DNA of 64,000 nt, taken from the NCBI GenBank assembly GCA_023397675.1, contig JAEWTV010000082.1:14984-78983 (forward strand), in the 5' to 3' direction. Shown here piece after piece: positions 36,690 through 47,857 of this stretch. This stretch comes from Bacillota bacterium. Its GTDB lineage: Bacteria; Bacillota; Clostridia; Acetivibrionales; JANLFN01. The first letter of the stretch is position 1. Every line of letters begins with the position of its first letter. Made by a program: the position numbers and the translations under genes. Below the pieces are notes generated by a model. It saw only the letters and a list, made by a program, of their open reading frames with translations, did not search any database and had not been told where the DNA came from.

Positions 36690-37774
36690 GGCTTTACAGC
36701 ATCAATTGTGCCACCACCAACAACTACGTCACCATCATAAAATACTACTGATTGTCCAGGTGTTATAGCTCTTTGAGGAGTTTCAAACCTTACGCTTACA
36801 CTGTCATTTCCTAAAGGAGTTATAACTGCCGTTGCTGGTTTGGCAGAATATCTGATTTTTGCAGTAACCTTCATTTCACCATCAAGCTTGTTTATTGAAA
36901 TAAAATTAAGGTCAGAAGCAGTCAATCCGCCTGAAAAAACCTCATTTTCATTTCCAAGAACAACCTCATTTTTAGCAACATTTATGTCAACAACATACTT
37001 TGGTCTTCCGAATGCTATTCCAAGGCCTTTCCTCTGCCCTATTGTATAATGGATTATACCTTTATGCTTTCCAAGTACATTACCGTCAGGGTCTACAAAG
37101 TTTCCGGGCCTTATGTCAGCATCGGTATTTCTCTCAATATATCCGCCATAATCATTATCATCAACAAAACAAATTTCCTGGCTGTCAGGCTTTGATGCAA
37201 CTGAAAGCCCTATTTCTCTTGCGATTTCCCTTACTCTGTCCTTTGTATAATCCCCTATTGGCATAAGTGTTCTGGAAAGCTGGTACTGGCTCAGATTATA
37301 AAGGGCATAAGTCTGGTCCTTTGCATCTGTTACCGATTTTTTCAATAAATACCTGTCAAGCTTTTCATCATGCTCAATCTTTGCATAATGACCTGTAGCA
37401 ACTCTGTCAATACCCATTGAAACAGCCTTGTCAAGCATTGCTTCAAACTTGACATACCGGTTGCAGGCTACGCAAGGATTAGGGGTTCTCCCCTTAAGGT
37501 ATTCCGCCTTAAAGTAATTGATTACCTTGTCCTCGAAAATATCCTTGAAATTCAATACGTAATAAGGTATGCCAAGCTTATTGGCAACTCTTCTGGCATC
37601 ATCCACCGCTGAAAGTGAACAGCAGCCGCCTTCTGTTTTTTTGTGTTCTTCCTCCATGTCGGGCCATATCTGCATTGTAACGCCAATAACTTCATAGCCC
37701 TTTTCCAACAAGACAGCGGCGGCTACTGAACTATCAACGCCGCCGCTCATTCCAAGCATTACTTTCTTATTCAT
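36686..37774 (-). CDS. mnmA: tRNA 2-thiouridine(34) synthase
   Basis: PP-loop GMSGGVDSS, and conserved Cys in NPCVACN and QEICF. Confidence 0.95.
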   Translation of the reverse strand: MNKKVMLGMSGGVDSSVAAAVLLEKGYEVIGVTMQIWPDMEEEHKKTEGGCCSLSAVDDARRVANKLGIPYYVLNFKDIFEDKVINYFKAEYLKGRTPNPCVACNRYVKFEAMLDKAVSMGIDRVATGHYAKIEHDEKLDRYLLKKSVTDAKDQTYALYNLSQYQLSRTLMPIGDYTKDRVREIAREIGLSVASKPDSQEICFVDDNDYGGYIERNTDADIRPGNFVDPDGNVLGKHKGIIHYTIGQRKGLGIAFGRPKYVVDINVAKNEVVLGNENEVFSGGLTASDLNFISINKLDGEMKVTAKIRYSAKPATAVITPLGNDSVSVRFETPQRAITPGQSVVFYDGDVVVGGGTIDAVKP

Positions 37775-37791
37775 ATATTTTCTCCGGAATA

Positions 37792-38232
37792 TTAATCTTC
37801 TTCATTCAAACGATGAATATCATCGCAGCGTCTGCCGCAGCTATTACAGTTTTCTTCAGTCCAAAGACCATTCTTTTTCATGTAATCCTCTATGGCTGCT
37901 TTAATTGCTTCCTCTGCAAGATTTGAACAGTGCATTTTGACTGGCGGCAATCCATCAAGAGCTTCAGCAACTGCAGCATTTGTAATCTTCAAGGCTTCGT
38001 CCAAGGATTTTCCAATTACCATTTCAGTTGCCATACTGCTTGTAGCTACAGCAGCTCCACAACCGAAGGTTTTGAATTTTGCATCCTTTATTATGCCGTC
38101 TTCTATCTGAAGATACATTTTCATTATATCTCCGCATTTAGCATTGCCAACCTGGCCTACACCGCTTGCATTCTCTATTTCACCAACATTTCTCGGATTT
38201 GCGAAATGATCCATTACCTTTTCACTATACAT
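37792..38232 (-). CDS. iscU: Fe-S cluster scaffold protein (IscU/NifU N-terminal type)
   Basis: Cys ligand motifs KCGD, GCGAA and HCS. Located downstream of a cysteine desulfurase gene. Confidence 0.9.
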   Translation of the reverse strand: MYSEKVMDHFANPRNVGEIENASGVGQVGNAKCGDIMKMYLQIEDGIIKDAKFKTFGCGAAVATSSMATEMVIGKSLDEALKITNAAVAEALDGLPPVKMHCSNLAEEAIKAAIEDYMKKNGLWTEENCNSCGRRCDDIHRLNEED

Positions 38233-38260
38233 AAATGTTCCCTCTTTCTATAATATTTTC

Positions 38261-39445
38261 TTAATTGTTTGCGTTCTTTACAGCTTCATACAGTGGAGAC
38301 ATTTCCCTGAGCCTTTCAACTATTGGAGGGATTGTTTCCAGTATATAGTCCACGTCCTGGTCTGTATTATCTTCTCCGTATGAAATTCTCAGTGAACCGT
38401 GAGCTATTTCATGCGGGAGTCCTATTGCAAGGAGTACATGTGAAGGATCAAGCGAACCTGATGTGCATGCTGAGCCGCTGGAAGCAGCTATTCCTTTCAT
38501 ATCGAGCATCAGGAGTAGTGATTCTCCTTCGATGAAGTTGAAGGAGACATTTACATTTCCAGGAAGCCTCTTGTATCTGTCACCGTTTAATTTTACAAAT
38601 GGAACACGTTTCATAATCTCATCAATTGTCTTGTCACGAAGAGCAATAAGCTTTTCATTGTATTCGTCTATTCTGCTTGTTGCAAGCTCAACTGCCTTGC
38701 CAAGACCTACGATTGCCGCAACGTTTTCAGTGCTTGCACGTCTGCCTCTTTCCTGTGCTCCGCCGTGCATAAAGGAAACTATTTTGGTGCCTTTTCGAAT
38801 ATATAAAGCTCCTATACCCTTTGGTCCATAGAATTTATGTGATGACATGGATAAAAGGTCTATATTCATCTCCTCAACGTTTATATGAACGTTACCCATT
38901 GCCTGTACTGCATCAGTGTGGAAATAAATCTTATGCTCTTTTGCAATCTGTCCAATCTCGGCAATTGGCTGAATTGTTCCTATTTCGTTGTTTGCAAACA
39001 TAATTGTTATCAGAATTGTATCAGGTCTTATGGCTTTCTTTAAGTCATCAAGCCTTATTAATCCATTTTCATCAACCGGCAGGTACGTAACCTCAAATCC
39101 ATCACTTTCAAGGTATTGACACGTATGAAGCACTGCATGGTGTTCAATTGCTGAGGTTATAATGTGCTTTCCCTTTTGTCTGTTGGCATAAGCCACACCC
39201 TTGATTGCCCAGTTGTCGGCCTCAGTTCCGGAGCCTGTGAAGAATATTTCTTTTGGCTGTGCAGAAATCGCAGCTGCAACTTTGTCTCTGGCCTCTTCAA
39301 TTGCTTTCTTGCTTTCTCTGCCTATTGAATATATTGATGAAGGATTGCCATATTTTTCTGTATAATAAGGAATCATTACATCAAGAACTTCTCTTTTTAC
39401 TGCTGTTGTTGCAGCATGATCAACATAAATAAATCTATCTCCCAT
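38261..39445 (-). CDS. iscS: cysteine desulfurase (NifS/IscS type)
   Basis: PLP lysine motif [10 protein letters not shown] and active-site loop SSGSACTS. Confidence 0.9.
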   Translation of the reverse strand: MGDRFIYVDHAATTAVKREVLDVMIPYYTEKYGNPSSIYSIGRESKKAIEEARDKVAAAISAQPKEIFFTGSGTEADNWAIKGVAYANRQKGKHIITSAIEHHAVLHTCQYLESDGFEVTYLPVDENGLIRLDDLKKAIRPDTILITIMFANNEIGTIQPIAEIGQIAKEHKIYFHTDAVQAMGNVHINVEEMNIDLLSMSSHKFYGPKGIGALYIRKGTKIVSFMHGGAQERGRRASTENVAAIVGLGKAVELATSRIDEYNEKLIALRDKTIDEIMKRVPFVKLNGDRYKRLPGNVNVSFNFIEGESLLLMLDMKGIAASSGSACTSGSLDPSHVLLAIGLPHEIAHGSLRISYGEDNTDQDVDYILETIPPIVERLREMSPLYEAVKNANN

Positions 39446-39563
39446 AACGTTTGCTCCTTTTGTTTCTTTATACTTTAGTAATTTACACGACTTTCTGATT
39501 AAAAAAGCATTTATTTTATAATTTATATACCCTCAAGACTTGTTCCATAAACATGAATAAAAT

Positions 39564-40013
39564 TTATATATAATAGGTGTAATCACACTTTCCGGACATT
39601 TTTCTGCAGTCTTCCACAAGCTGTTCAAGACTAATTGAATCAACAACCTCGTTAACACTGTCACGGATTCTTGCCCATATAAGCCTTGTAACACAGTTTT
39701 CCGACTTCCCACAAGCAGGCTGCTCGCTTTCTTCTACGCATTCCACAGGAGCAAGAGATCCTTCAAGTGCCCTCAAAATATCCCCTACTGATATTTCATC
39801 TACAGGTCTTCCGAGCTCATATCCACCTTGTGAGCCGCGTGTACTTTTAACTACACCTGCCTTCTTTAAAGATGCAAAAAGCTGTTCGAGGTAATTTTCA
39901 GATATTTCCTGTCTGTCAGCGATACTTTTGAGGGATATAAGGCCTTCACTGCTGTGCAATGCAAGGTCAAGTACAGCTTTCATGCCATATCTTCCTTTAG
40001 TTGATAATCTCAT
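39564..40013 (-). CDS. iscR: Rrf2 family transcriptional regulator (IscR-like)
   Basis: N-terminal MRLSTKGRYGMKAVLDLA and a three-Cys cluster ECVEESEQPACGKSENC. It heads the iscS-iscU-mnmA operon. Confidence 0.85.
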   Translation of the reverse strand: MRLSTKGRYGMKAVLDLALHSSEGLISLKSIADRQEISENYLEQLFASLKKAGVVKSTRGSQGGYELGRPVDEISVGDILRALEGSLAPVECVEESEQPACGKSENCVTRLIWARIRDSVNEVVDSISLEQLVEDCRKMSGKCDYTYYI

Positions 40014-40132
40014 AATTATTTACCTCAATGAAAGTTATTAAATCCAAGTAATTCACTTGGTTATCATATATAAGAGTAGCACTATCTTTTTATATTGTCA
40101 ACAATTAAACAAACTTTATATAATTAATTTAG

Positions 40133-40188
40133 TTAAAAAAAATTCCACCTTAAGCTAATAACTAAAGTATTAGCAGCAGGTGGAATTC
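40133..40188 (-). terminator. intrinsic terminator after the larA-like gene
   Basis: Stem AATTCCACCT/AGGTGGAATT, followed on the minus strand by a T-run of 8 or more. Confidence 0.75.
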
Positions 40189-40229
40189 TTATACTTTTGG
40201 ATTTTATATGTTGATTTACTTTAAATATA

Positions 40230-41663
40230 TTATTCTTTTACCAATACAGGCAGTGTTGATCCTCCATGCGGCATCAATATTACTTTTGCGTCTTGTCCCA
40301 AAACCTTGAAGGCTTCTTTTAGTGCTTCATTAACACTACCGAAAGGCTCCATGAACATATTCTTAACTTCTTCAGGCTTAAAGTCTGATACAAGGAATAC
40401 TCTTGCTTTTTTAAGCACAAGTGCTATTGCAGCAGCCTTATGTCCTCCAAGCTCGAAGTTTTCCTGAATGTCTTTAATCAGACTGTCAGGAGATGTCGCG
40501 TTTTTCATCCATCTTTCAAATACCTCTTCGCCCATTCCTTCCTTACAGGATGCAAGAAGTATTATTATTCCACAGTCTTTTACTGCATTTTTCGAATTAT
40601 CCAAAGCTTTTTGAGCCTGGTAAAGATTGATATCCTTAGGGAATCCGCCTGGCGTAGTTATTACTATATCAGCTTTTTCAGGGATTTCTATTTTATAAAG
40701 GCTATCAAGGAATTTGCAGCCTTCCCTGTGTGCTTCAACATGATGACCGGCAACAGCTTTGATTATATTTTTATCCTCATCGAGGACAACGTTTACTATG
40801 AAGTCTATGTTTACGTACTTCGCAACCTCTTCAATATCCTGTCTTACAGGGTTATCGCTTATAGCACCGGCACGTGCAGCAGCCTTAACCATTGCACTGT
40901 GGTTTGCCTGAATGGTGTCTCTTGTGGAAACGCCAGGCAGAATAGCCTTTGCTCCTCCGCTGTAGCCTGCAAAGTAGTGATATTCTATATTTCCAAGGCA
41001 AATTCTGCGGTCCGCATTTGCAACAACACTAAATATATCAACAGGGGTACCCATTTCGGATATTCCCATACGGACAAAATCACTGGTGTCGCTGTCTATA
41101 CATTTAATACGGTTATAGATTTCTTCTCCCACAAGATACTTCTTTTCGTCCTCTGTGTGCTTTCTATGACTTCCAAGTGCAAATACTATAGTAATATCCT
41201 TTTCTTCAGCGCCAGAACGTAAAATTTCCTTAACCAACTCAGGTAGAATAACCTTGCTCGGCAGAGGCCTTGTAATATCACTTGTAACAATTACAATCTT
41301 CTCACCTGGTTTTACTATGTCTCCAACCTTTGGTGTTCCTATAGGATTCATTAAAGCTCTTTTAACCTCAGCTTCACCTGTAAGGTCTACCTCTACCTCA
41401 TTCTGATGAAGCTCATGAAGAATATTATTTACCATCAGTTCAAAATCTGCAAAGCCTTTCCCAAAACCATACCTGAATTTCACTTTTCCCACCTCAAAGT
41501 CTTTAGTTTTTGGTTTACCCATATTGAATGCAAAAATATAGGTTACAATTACTACTAAATATAATATAATACTTGCCGCACGTTGAAAGCCGAAAACAAC
41601 AATATTTAATATCAGCAGCACAAATCCTATCAATAAAACCCATGCAAATACTCTTCTGGCCAT
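40230..41663 (-). CDS. LarA-type (nickel-pincer dependent lactate racemase family) protein with N-terminal 2-TM extension
   Basis: Motifs NPIGTP, SDITRP, LGSHR, EYHYFAGYSGGAK and ANHS align by eye with LarA. The first 47 aa or so form two hydrophobic helices. The ATG overlaps the rarA stop (TAATG) and follows GGAGAA. Confidence 0.8.
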   Translation of the reverse strand: MARRVFAWVLLIGFVLLILNIVVFGFQRAASIILYLVVIVTYIFAFNMGKPKTKDFEVGKVKFRYGFGKGFADFELMVNNILHELHQNEVEVDLTGEAEVKRALMNPIGTPKVGDIVKPGEKIVIVTSDITRPLPSKVILPELVKEILRSGAEEKDITIVFALGSHRKHTEDEKKYLVGEEIYNRIKCIDSDTSDFVRMGISEMGTPVDIFSVVANADRRICLGNIEYHYFAGYSGGAKAILPGVSTRDTIQANHSAMVKAAARAGAISDNPVRQDIEEVAKYVNIDFIVNVVLDEDKNIIKAVAGHHVEAHREGCKFLDSLYKIEIPEKADIVITTPGGFPKDINLYQAQKALDNSKNAVKDCGIIILLASCKEGMGEEVFERWMKNATSPDSLIKDIQENFELGGHKAAAIALVLKKARVFLVSDFKPEEVKNMFMEPFGSVNEALKEAFKVLGQDAKVILMPHGGSTLPVLVKE

Positions 41664-42970
41664 TACTTTTCTCCTTCTTTCTTACTGTCCCTTATTTTCT
41701 CAAGCCATTCCTTTATACGTGCTTCATAGCCGTTGGACGATGGCTTGTAGTATATTGTGCCTTTCATTTCAGGTGGAAAATAATCCTGTTTTACATAATT
41801 ACCGGCATAGCTGTGAGCATACTTATAACCCACACCATAACCCAAATCACTCATACCTTTGGCGGCTGCATTCCTTAGATGGAACGGCACCTCTCCGGTC
41901 CGTTTGGTTTCAATATCGTGAAGCGCAGTACCGACAGCTTCATAGCAGGAATTTGATTTGGGGCTTGTAGCAACCATTACTGCAGCATGAGAAAGAATTA
42001 TCCTTGATTCAGGCATTCCTATCATTTTTACAGCCTGTGCTGCTGCCACAGCAACCTGTAATGCGTTTGGATTTGCCATTCCGACATCTTCCGAAGCGCA
42101 TATAATAATTCTTCTTGCAAGGAATTCAGGGTCTTCCCCCGCGTACAATGCCCTTGCAAGATAAAAAACTGCTGCATCGGGGTCACTTCCCCGCATCGAC
42201 TTTATAAAAGCACTTATATTATCGTAATGATTTTCACCCGATTTGTCAAAGGTTAAGGCTTTTTTTTGCACACATTCTGCTATAGTTCCAAGATCTATAT
42301 GAATTTTACCATCCGAATCAAGTGTTGAAGTTAAAACGGCTATTTCAAGTGCATTAAGAGAAATTCTAGCATCCCCGCCGCAAACCTCTGAAAGGTATGT
42401 GACTGCATCATTGTCAATTTCAATTTTGTAATTACCGAGACCTCTTTCTTTGTCTGTTACAGCGCTTAGAATAATCCTTTCAATATCTGCAGGCTGAAGA
42501 GGCTTGAGCATGAAAACAGTAGAACGCGATATCAAAGCCTTGTTAACCTCAAAGAAAGGATTTTCAGTTGTTGCACCAATTAAAACAATTGTTCCGTTTT
42601 CAACAAATGGAAGCAATGCATCCTGCTGTGCTTTATTAAACCTGTGAATTTCATCTACAAACAGGACAGTCCTTCCCTGTGGGTTTATAAGGCTGTTCTG
42701 AGTATCGGCCACTATTCTTTTTATATCGCCGACTCCTGCTGTTACGGCATTCAGTTTTTCAAAGTTAGCTTTTGTTGCATAAGCGATTATTCTGGCAAGG
42801 GATGTTTTGCCTGTTCCGGGCGGTCCATAAAGAATAATGGAACTTATTCTGTCTGCTTTTATCATTCTGTAAAGCAGTTTACCCTTACCTGTTATATCTT
42901 GCTGCCCAAAAAACTCATCCAGAGTTCTTGGGCACATTCTATATGCCAATGGTTCCTTATTTTCCTGCAA
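41663..42970 (-). CDS. rarA: replication-associated recombination protein A (AAA+ ATPase)
   Basis: Walker A GPPGTGKTS, Walker B LFVDEIHR, and a MgsA C-terminal domain. Confidence 0.95.
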   Translation of the reverse strand: MQENKEPLAYRMCPRTLDEFFGQQDITGKGKLLYRMIKADRISSIILYGPPGTGKTSLARIIAYATKANFEKLNAVTAGVGDIKRIVADTQNSLINPQGRTVLFVDEIHRFNKAQQDALLPFVENGTIVLIGATTENPFFEVNKALISRSTVFMLKPLQPADIERIILSAVTDKERGLGNYKIEIDNDAVTYLSEVCGGDARISLNALEIAVLTSTLDSDGKIHIDLGTIAECVQKKALTFDKSGENHYDNISAFIKSMRGSDPDAAVFYLARALYAGEDPEFLARRIIICASEDVGMANPNALQVAVAAAQAVKMIGMPESRIILSHAAVMVATSPKSNSCYEAVGTALHDIETKRTGEVPFHLRNAAAKGMSDLGYGVGYKYAHSYAGNYVKQDYFPPEMKGTIYYKPSSNGYEARIKEWLEKIRDSKKEGEK

Positions 42971-43006
42971 AACTTAGCCTCCATATTATACGAAAGTCTT
43001 TAACAA

Positions 43007-44977
43007 CTAATCTACAATCTTAAAAGAGCTCCAAATTCTGTTTAAGGTCTCGGTATTGCTTTGAGTTTTAAATTCATCGGGAATTACACTGAAATAGCAA
43101 TAGTAGTACTTGCTGTTTTCAAGAACACTGAACTTAACATCAGCGAAGGTTTCATTTTCCTCGTCTTCCCATCTGTATGTATAGGTTTTTACATTACCTT
43201 TGTCGCTTGAGTTCGAAGTATCCTTAAGAGTTATTCCCTCATTGTTCAATATTGAACTCATAAAGTAAAATTTATCTTCGTCAGATTCCGAAGCATTATC
43301 AGAATCCTTTTCTACAGTTTCAACTGCAACGCTTAATCCGGTGTTTTTATCAAGAAAGCTTATGAAATCTGAAGACTGGGAGCCAGTTTTTGACCAGGAA
43401 CCCGGCAGGTTGGCGCTCCATTTGTATTCCTTGTTTTCAAACAATGTAGGATAGTCATATTTTCCAACCTTGTTTTTGGCAAGCTGTGAAAAGTAATTAT
43501 CAAGGTCCTTGTTAAATGCACTGGTAAACTTGTCAACAGGTTTAAACGAATTCAAAATATCATCAAAAACCAGCTTATTGTCTTTGTATTTATCTGTCGG
43601 AGTCTTAAGAGTAAGGTTGTATATGATTCCTCCCATGGAGGTTAAAGCCTCATCATATGTATATGTCTTTTTGCCAAGCGTAAGCTCATAAACAATCCTG
43701 TAAGTCTTAATTCCGGAAATATCAGTAGTACCTGCTGAAATGAACTTATAAATTTGCGGATTCATGTTTGAATTCAGAAAATCTTTTCTTTGCTCACCTG
43801 CTAGCGCAATGTTTTTGCCATTGCTTTTATCCATAGCTACTGCAACATATTCATTGTTTCCTGCTCCTATTTTGGTAGACAGCGGGTTATCATCGGATGC
43901 ATAAGGTATTACATCCCAAACAGGCGGTATTGAAGCTTTCCAAGCATAATACTTCTTTCCGTTGGGAAATTGAACATAATTGTTATAAATCGCCTTGCCA
44001 TGCTGAATCTTTGTCAGGTCCTGTATGTTTTGTGATTTATCAAAGGATGTTGCAAATGAATCAAGCATAGTTTTATAGTATTGCGAACCGGTTATATCAT
44101 CAGTTCCTTCTTCACCATAGTAATAAAGTATTACATTATAAATGTATTTTGAGTTGATATAAATTCTATGAACTATTGGTTCACTGCTGGTTCCGGTATA
44201 TATGAACTCCATGTAAGGATCCCTGGCATCTTTCACAAGACGGGAATCTGCTATTGAATATCCCTCAAGATATGTCGACGGGTCTTCAAGTACCTTATCA
44301 TAATATGATGAAAGTGTTTCAGAATTTGCATCTGCAATCTTTATATCAAGTGCAATATTTCTGTTCGCATTCTCTATTGAAACATATTTTGAATTAAAGG
44401 TTCCTCCCGAAACGCGGGAGCCTCTAGGAATATTCATGCTCCAATTGTAATAGCTGTCACCCACCCTGGACTTTTTTATGCTGTCGGTAAGGAAGGATAA
44501 ATCCTTTAAAGCACCATCATCAGCAAAATAAGCTGTTACCATATTCGATGAGCTATTGTAGCTTACAGAAGCACCGAACTTCTCTGCAAAAAACTTAAAT
44601 GGTACGAATACAGTTCCGTTTTTCAACTGAGGCGCCGCGGGCAAATTTGTACCTTCATCGTTGGCTTTGCAGTCCCTTTTTCCGATAGAGAAGTCAATTG
44701 AAGCATTATTGTATGAAAAGTTATAGGATGCATTATCCCTTTTGGTAAGCTCTGCACCTAAAATTCTTACAAAAACATCAGCAGAAGTAAATGCCGTATT
44801 TTCAGAAAAGTAGGTTCCGGCAAATGTATAATAGCTACCGTTAGCTTGTACAGATGAGCTGCCTACATTGAATTTAATTGTTATTGAATCACTGTCGGCA
44901 AATGCTGTAAAAGACAGCATTGAAAGTACCAGCACAGTTATTATTAATATTGAAACAAGCTTTTTAACTTTATTCAT
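43007..44977 (-). CDS. secreted protein with copper-amine-oxidase N-terminal-like (stalk) domain
   Basis: Signal peptide MNKVKKLVSILIITVLVLSMLSFTAFA (start at the ATG at 44977 after AAGGAG). The segment GTVFVPFKFFAEKFGASVSY is typical of that domain. Confidence 0.65.
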   Translation of the reverse strand: MNKVKKLVSILIITVLVLSMLSFTAFADSDSITIKFNVGSSSVQANGSYYTFAGTYFSENTAFTSADVFVRILGAELTKRDNASYNFSYNNASIDFSIGKRDCKANDEGTNLPAAPQLKNGTVFVPFKFFAEKFGASVSYNSSSNMVTAYFADDGALKDLSFLTDSIKKSRVGDSYYNWSMNIPRGSRVSGGTFNSKYVSIENANRNIALDIKIADANSETLSSYYDKVLEDPSTYLEGYSIADSRLVKDARDPYMEFIYTGTSSEPIVHRIYINSKYIYNVILYYYGEEGTDDITGSQYYKTMLDSFATSFDKSQNIQDLTKIQHGKAIYNNYVQFPNGKKYYAWKASIPPVWDVIPYASDDNPLSTKIGAGNNEYVAVAMDKSNGKNIALAGEQRKDFLNSNMNPQIYKFISAGTTDISGIKTYRIVYELTLGKKTYTYDEALTSMGGIIYNLTLKTPTDKYKDNKLVFDDILNSFKPVDKFTSAFNKDLDNYFSQLAKNKVGKYDYPTLFENKEYKWSANLPGSWSKTGSQSSDFISFLDKNTGLSVAVETVEKDSDNASESDEDKFYFMSSILNNEGITLKDTSNSSDKGNVKTYTYRWEDEENETFADVKFSVLENSKYYYCYFSVIPDEFKTQSNTETLNRIWSSFKIVD

Positions 44978-45007
44978 AAAAGCGAAGCTCCTTATCACAA
45001 GATTGTT

Positions 45008-46051
45008 TTACTGTTCTTCTTCAAAGATGATTTTGATTTTTACGGTTTTTTCATCTCTTAATACTGTAAGTACTGCTGAATCACCTGGAAGATATTTTTT
45101 AAGAAGTTCGTTGTAATCTACAATATTATAAACGCTTTTACCATCTACCGCTGTAAGTATATCTTCTACCTGAAGTCCTGCCTTTTCTGCGTTTGAACCT
45201 TCTGTAACAGAAGTAATACTTAAGCCTTCATCTGAAGGCAAGCCATACCTTGCGGCAACTCCTTCAGAAAATTCGGCTCCTATATAAGGCCTTCTTACCC
45301 TGCCGTACTTTTCAAACTGACCTACAATATACTTAACTGTATCGGCAGGTATTGAAAATGCCAGTCCCTCAACTCCAAAGCCGGAATACTTGGCAGAATT
45401 TATTCCAATAACTTCCCCATTCATGTTTACTAGCGGTCCTCCGCTGTTTCCGCCGTTTATCGCAGCATCCGACTGAATAAACTTGTAATCGCCGTCAAGA
45501 GGCCTGTTCATACCGCTTATTATACCTTTTGTAGCTGTATTGAGAAGTGAAAAGGATAAGGGTGTCCCAATTGCAATTACAGGATCACCTACTGATATTT
45601 TGCTTACATCTCCAAATTTAGCAGGTGTAAGCCCACCTTTATCTATTTTTATAAGTGCCAGATCGGATTTTTCGTCTATAGCTTTAAGCCTGGCAAGATA
45701 AGACTTGCCATTTGAAAGTATTACAACGATTTTCTCCATGTCTGTAACAACATGAGCATTTGTTATAATATATCCCTCAGCTTTATATATCACACCACTG
45801 CCTGAAACAAGGTTATCGCTATATTCACTCCAGTCAGGGCTTTCCTGCTTTATTTTTCCTATAATTCCTACAACCGAAGGACTCAGCTTCTTGATAATTG
45901 CAGAAGCCGATGTATCCGAAGAGACACTGGAATGTTGAAACATTTTGTTAACGGAATTATCAGATACAGAGTTCGGGCTTGCCATTACAGTAGTTGGAAA
46001 GATCATTGCAAGAACAAGGATCAATGCGATACAGATTTTTTGCTTTTTCAT
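45008..46051 (-). CDS. HtrA/DegP-like serine protease with PDZ domain
   Basis: Signal or anchor sequence, TNAHV (His), GNSGGPL (Ser), and a C-terminal PDZ-like region. Confidence 0.9.
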   Translation of the reverse strand: MKKQKICIALILVLAMIFPTTVMASPNSVSDNSVNKMFQHSSVSSDTSASAIIKKLSPSVVGIIGKIKQESPDWSEYSDNLVSGSGVIYKAEGYIITNAHVVTDMEKIVVILSNGKSYLARLKAIDEKSDLALIKIDKGGLTPAKFGDVSKISVGDPVIAIGTPLSFSLLNTATKGIISGMNRPLDGDYKFIQSDAAINGGNSGGPLVNMNGEVIGINSAKYSGFGVEGLAFSIPADTVKYIVGQFEKYGRVRRPYIGAEFSEGVAARYGLPSDEGLSITSVTEGSNAEKAGLQVEDILTAVDGKSVYNIVDYNELLKKYLPGDSAVLTVLRDEKTVKIKIIFEEEQ

Positions 46052-46232
46052 TCAGTTACCTCCAGCAGCTGAAAATGTAGGTTTAAAACTTACATAATAA
46101 CTAAGTATATCATAAAATAGGTTTGTTTACCATATGGGAGGATATAGAGCAATAATTTCCACGTGTAAAAAAGTTTAAATTTTTTAATAATTGTTAATAG
46201 CTAATAAACTATAAAAAATTAGGATAACTACT

Positions 46233-47831
46233 ATGTTTAATTATATATATAAAAAAATGCACTATTTAAAAATAAAAAATCAAGAATCAGCTTTCTCTCC
46301 CATGGAAGATACTAAGGATGATAACTCCTTAGTAGATAACTTTGAAAGGAATTTAAATACCTTCAAAGATTTACTGGGAGTTAACACTGACGTTGTAATA
46401 AGGGATTTTTTATTTGGACATAACAAAGCAAATAAAAGTGCTATCATATATATAGAAGGCATAACTGATAAATCAGTAATAAATGACAATATTATAAAAC
46501 CTATCATTTACGACCTTCTTCTTCTGCCAAATGATAAAGAAGCCCGTAATGTGAGTATTGATACAATAAAATCTACTTTAATATCAGTAGGAAATATAAA
46601 AAAGTCTTCCTCCATAAATAATCTAATTGACAGTTGTCTTTCAGGAAATTCGATATTATTGGTAAATGATTCAAATGAAGCTCTTATAATAAGTACAGTC
46701 GGCGGAGAAAAAAGAAGTGTGGAAGAACCTAAGACCGAAGCTTCGGTTAGAGGCCCAAGAGAAGGCTTTACTGAGGCTTTAAAAACAAATTTATCATTAT
46801 TGCGCCGTAAAATAAAAAGTGCTGACTTGACATTCGAAACTGTTACTATTGGTGAAAAGACAAAAACAAATGTAAGTATAGCATATATAAAAGGTATAGC
46901 AACAAAAGAACTTATCGATGAAATAAAAAACAGGCTGAATAAAATTAAAATTGATTCAATTCTTGAATCCGGATATATTGAACAATTGATTGAGGATGCC
47001 CCTTTTTCGATATTTTCAACCATCGGTAACAGCGAAAAGCCTGATATAGTATCAGCAAAGCTGCTTGAAGGCAGGGCTGCAATATTTGTTGACGGTACAC
47101 CTTTTGTTCTTACTGTTCCAATGGTTTTTATTGAAAACTTTCAAAGTTCGGAAGATTATTATTCACGTCCATATTTTGCAAGCATGCTGAGGATATTGAG
47201 GTTTTTTGCATATGGCTTAAGTATCCTGGCACCTGCTACTTACGTTATTTTATCATCATTTCACCAGGAACTGATACCCACCCCATTGCTGTTTACAATG
47301 GCTGCATCACATGAAGGAGTTCCTTTTCCATCCGCAGTGGAAGCATTTATTATGATAATTACCTTTGAAATACTGAGAGAAGCCGGGGTTCGTTTACCCC
47401 GCCCTGTCGGACAGGCTGTAAGTATAGTTGGAGCTCTGGTAATAGGTGAATCGGCTGTCAATGCCGGGATTATTGGTGCGCCTATGGTAATTGTTGTTGC
47501 TATAACCGCTGTTTCAAGCTTTGTAGTTCCTGCACAAACAGATAGTGGAGCTATTTTGAGAATTATTCTTTTATTGCTTGCCGGTTTTATGGGTGGATTT
47601 GGAATCTTGATAGGTTTACTTGGACTTATGGTTCATATGGCATCGCTAAGATCTTTTGGAACACCTTATCTTTCACCCATTGCTCCACTAAGCATCGGTG
47701 ATTTGAAAGACAGCTTTATAAGAAGTCCTTTATGGATGATGAATAAACGGCCAAAAGGTATTGCGTTCAACTCATCAAAAAGGCAGGCTGATGATATGAA
47801 GCCAAAACACCCGAAAAAGAAGGACAATTAA
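46233..47831 (+). CDS. spore germination protein, GerAA/GerXA-type
   Basis: Motifs VRGPREGFTEA, SEKPD and EDYY with C-terminal TM helices. The exact start is uncertain. Confidence 0.9.
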   Translation: MFNYIYKKMHYLKIKNQESAFSPMEDTKDDNSLVDNFERNLNTFKDLLGVNTDVVIRDFLFGHNKANKSAIIYIEGITDKSVINDNIIKPIIYDLLLLPNDKEARNVSIDTIKSTLISVGNIKKSSSINNLIDSCLSGNSILLVNDSNEALIISTVGGEKRSVEEPKTEASVRGPREGFTEALKTNLSLLRRKIKSADLTFETVTIGEKTKTNVSIAYIKGIATKELIDEIKNRLNKIKIDSILESGYIEQLIEDAPFSIFSTIGNSEKPDIVSAKLLEGRAAIFVDGTPFVLTVPMVFIENFQSSEDYYSRPYFASMLRILRFFAYGLSILAPATYVILSSFHQELIPTPLLFTMAASHEGVPFPSAVEAFIMIITFEILREAGVRLPRPVGQAVSIVGALVIGESAVNAGIIGAPMVIVVAITAVSSFVVPAQTDSGAILRIILLLLAGFMGGFGILIGLLGLMVHMASLRSFGTPYLSPIAPLSIGDLKDSFIRSPLWMMNKRPKGIAFNSSKRQADDMKPKHPKKKDN

Positions 47832-47857
47832 TGCTTTTATAATAACCGGAGATGCAT

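Noticed and set aside
40440-41222. Long antisense ORFs opposite well-supported genes: 40440-41222 (260 aa), 56940-57632 (230 aa), 46508-47023 (171 aa), 19554-20096 (180 aa) and 22113-22589 (158 aa).
   Set aside because: Each lies entirely antisense to a gene with clear family motifs (LarA, AIR-synthase-like, GerXA, LysE, PurB). They have low-complexity Ser/Phe/Ile/Leu-rich translations and no RBS, which is typical of shadow ORFs.
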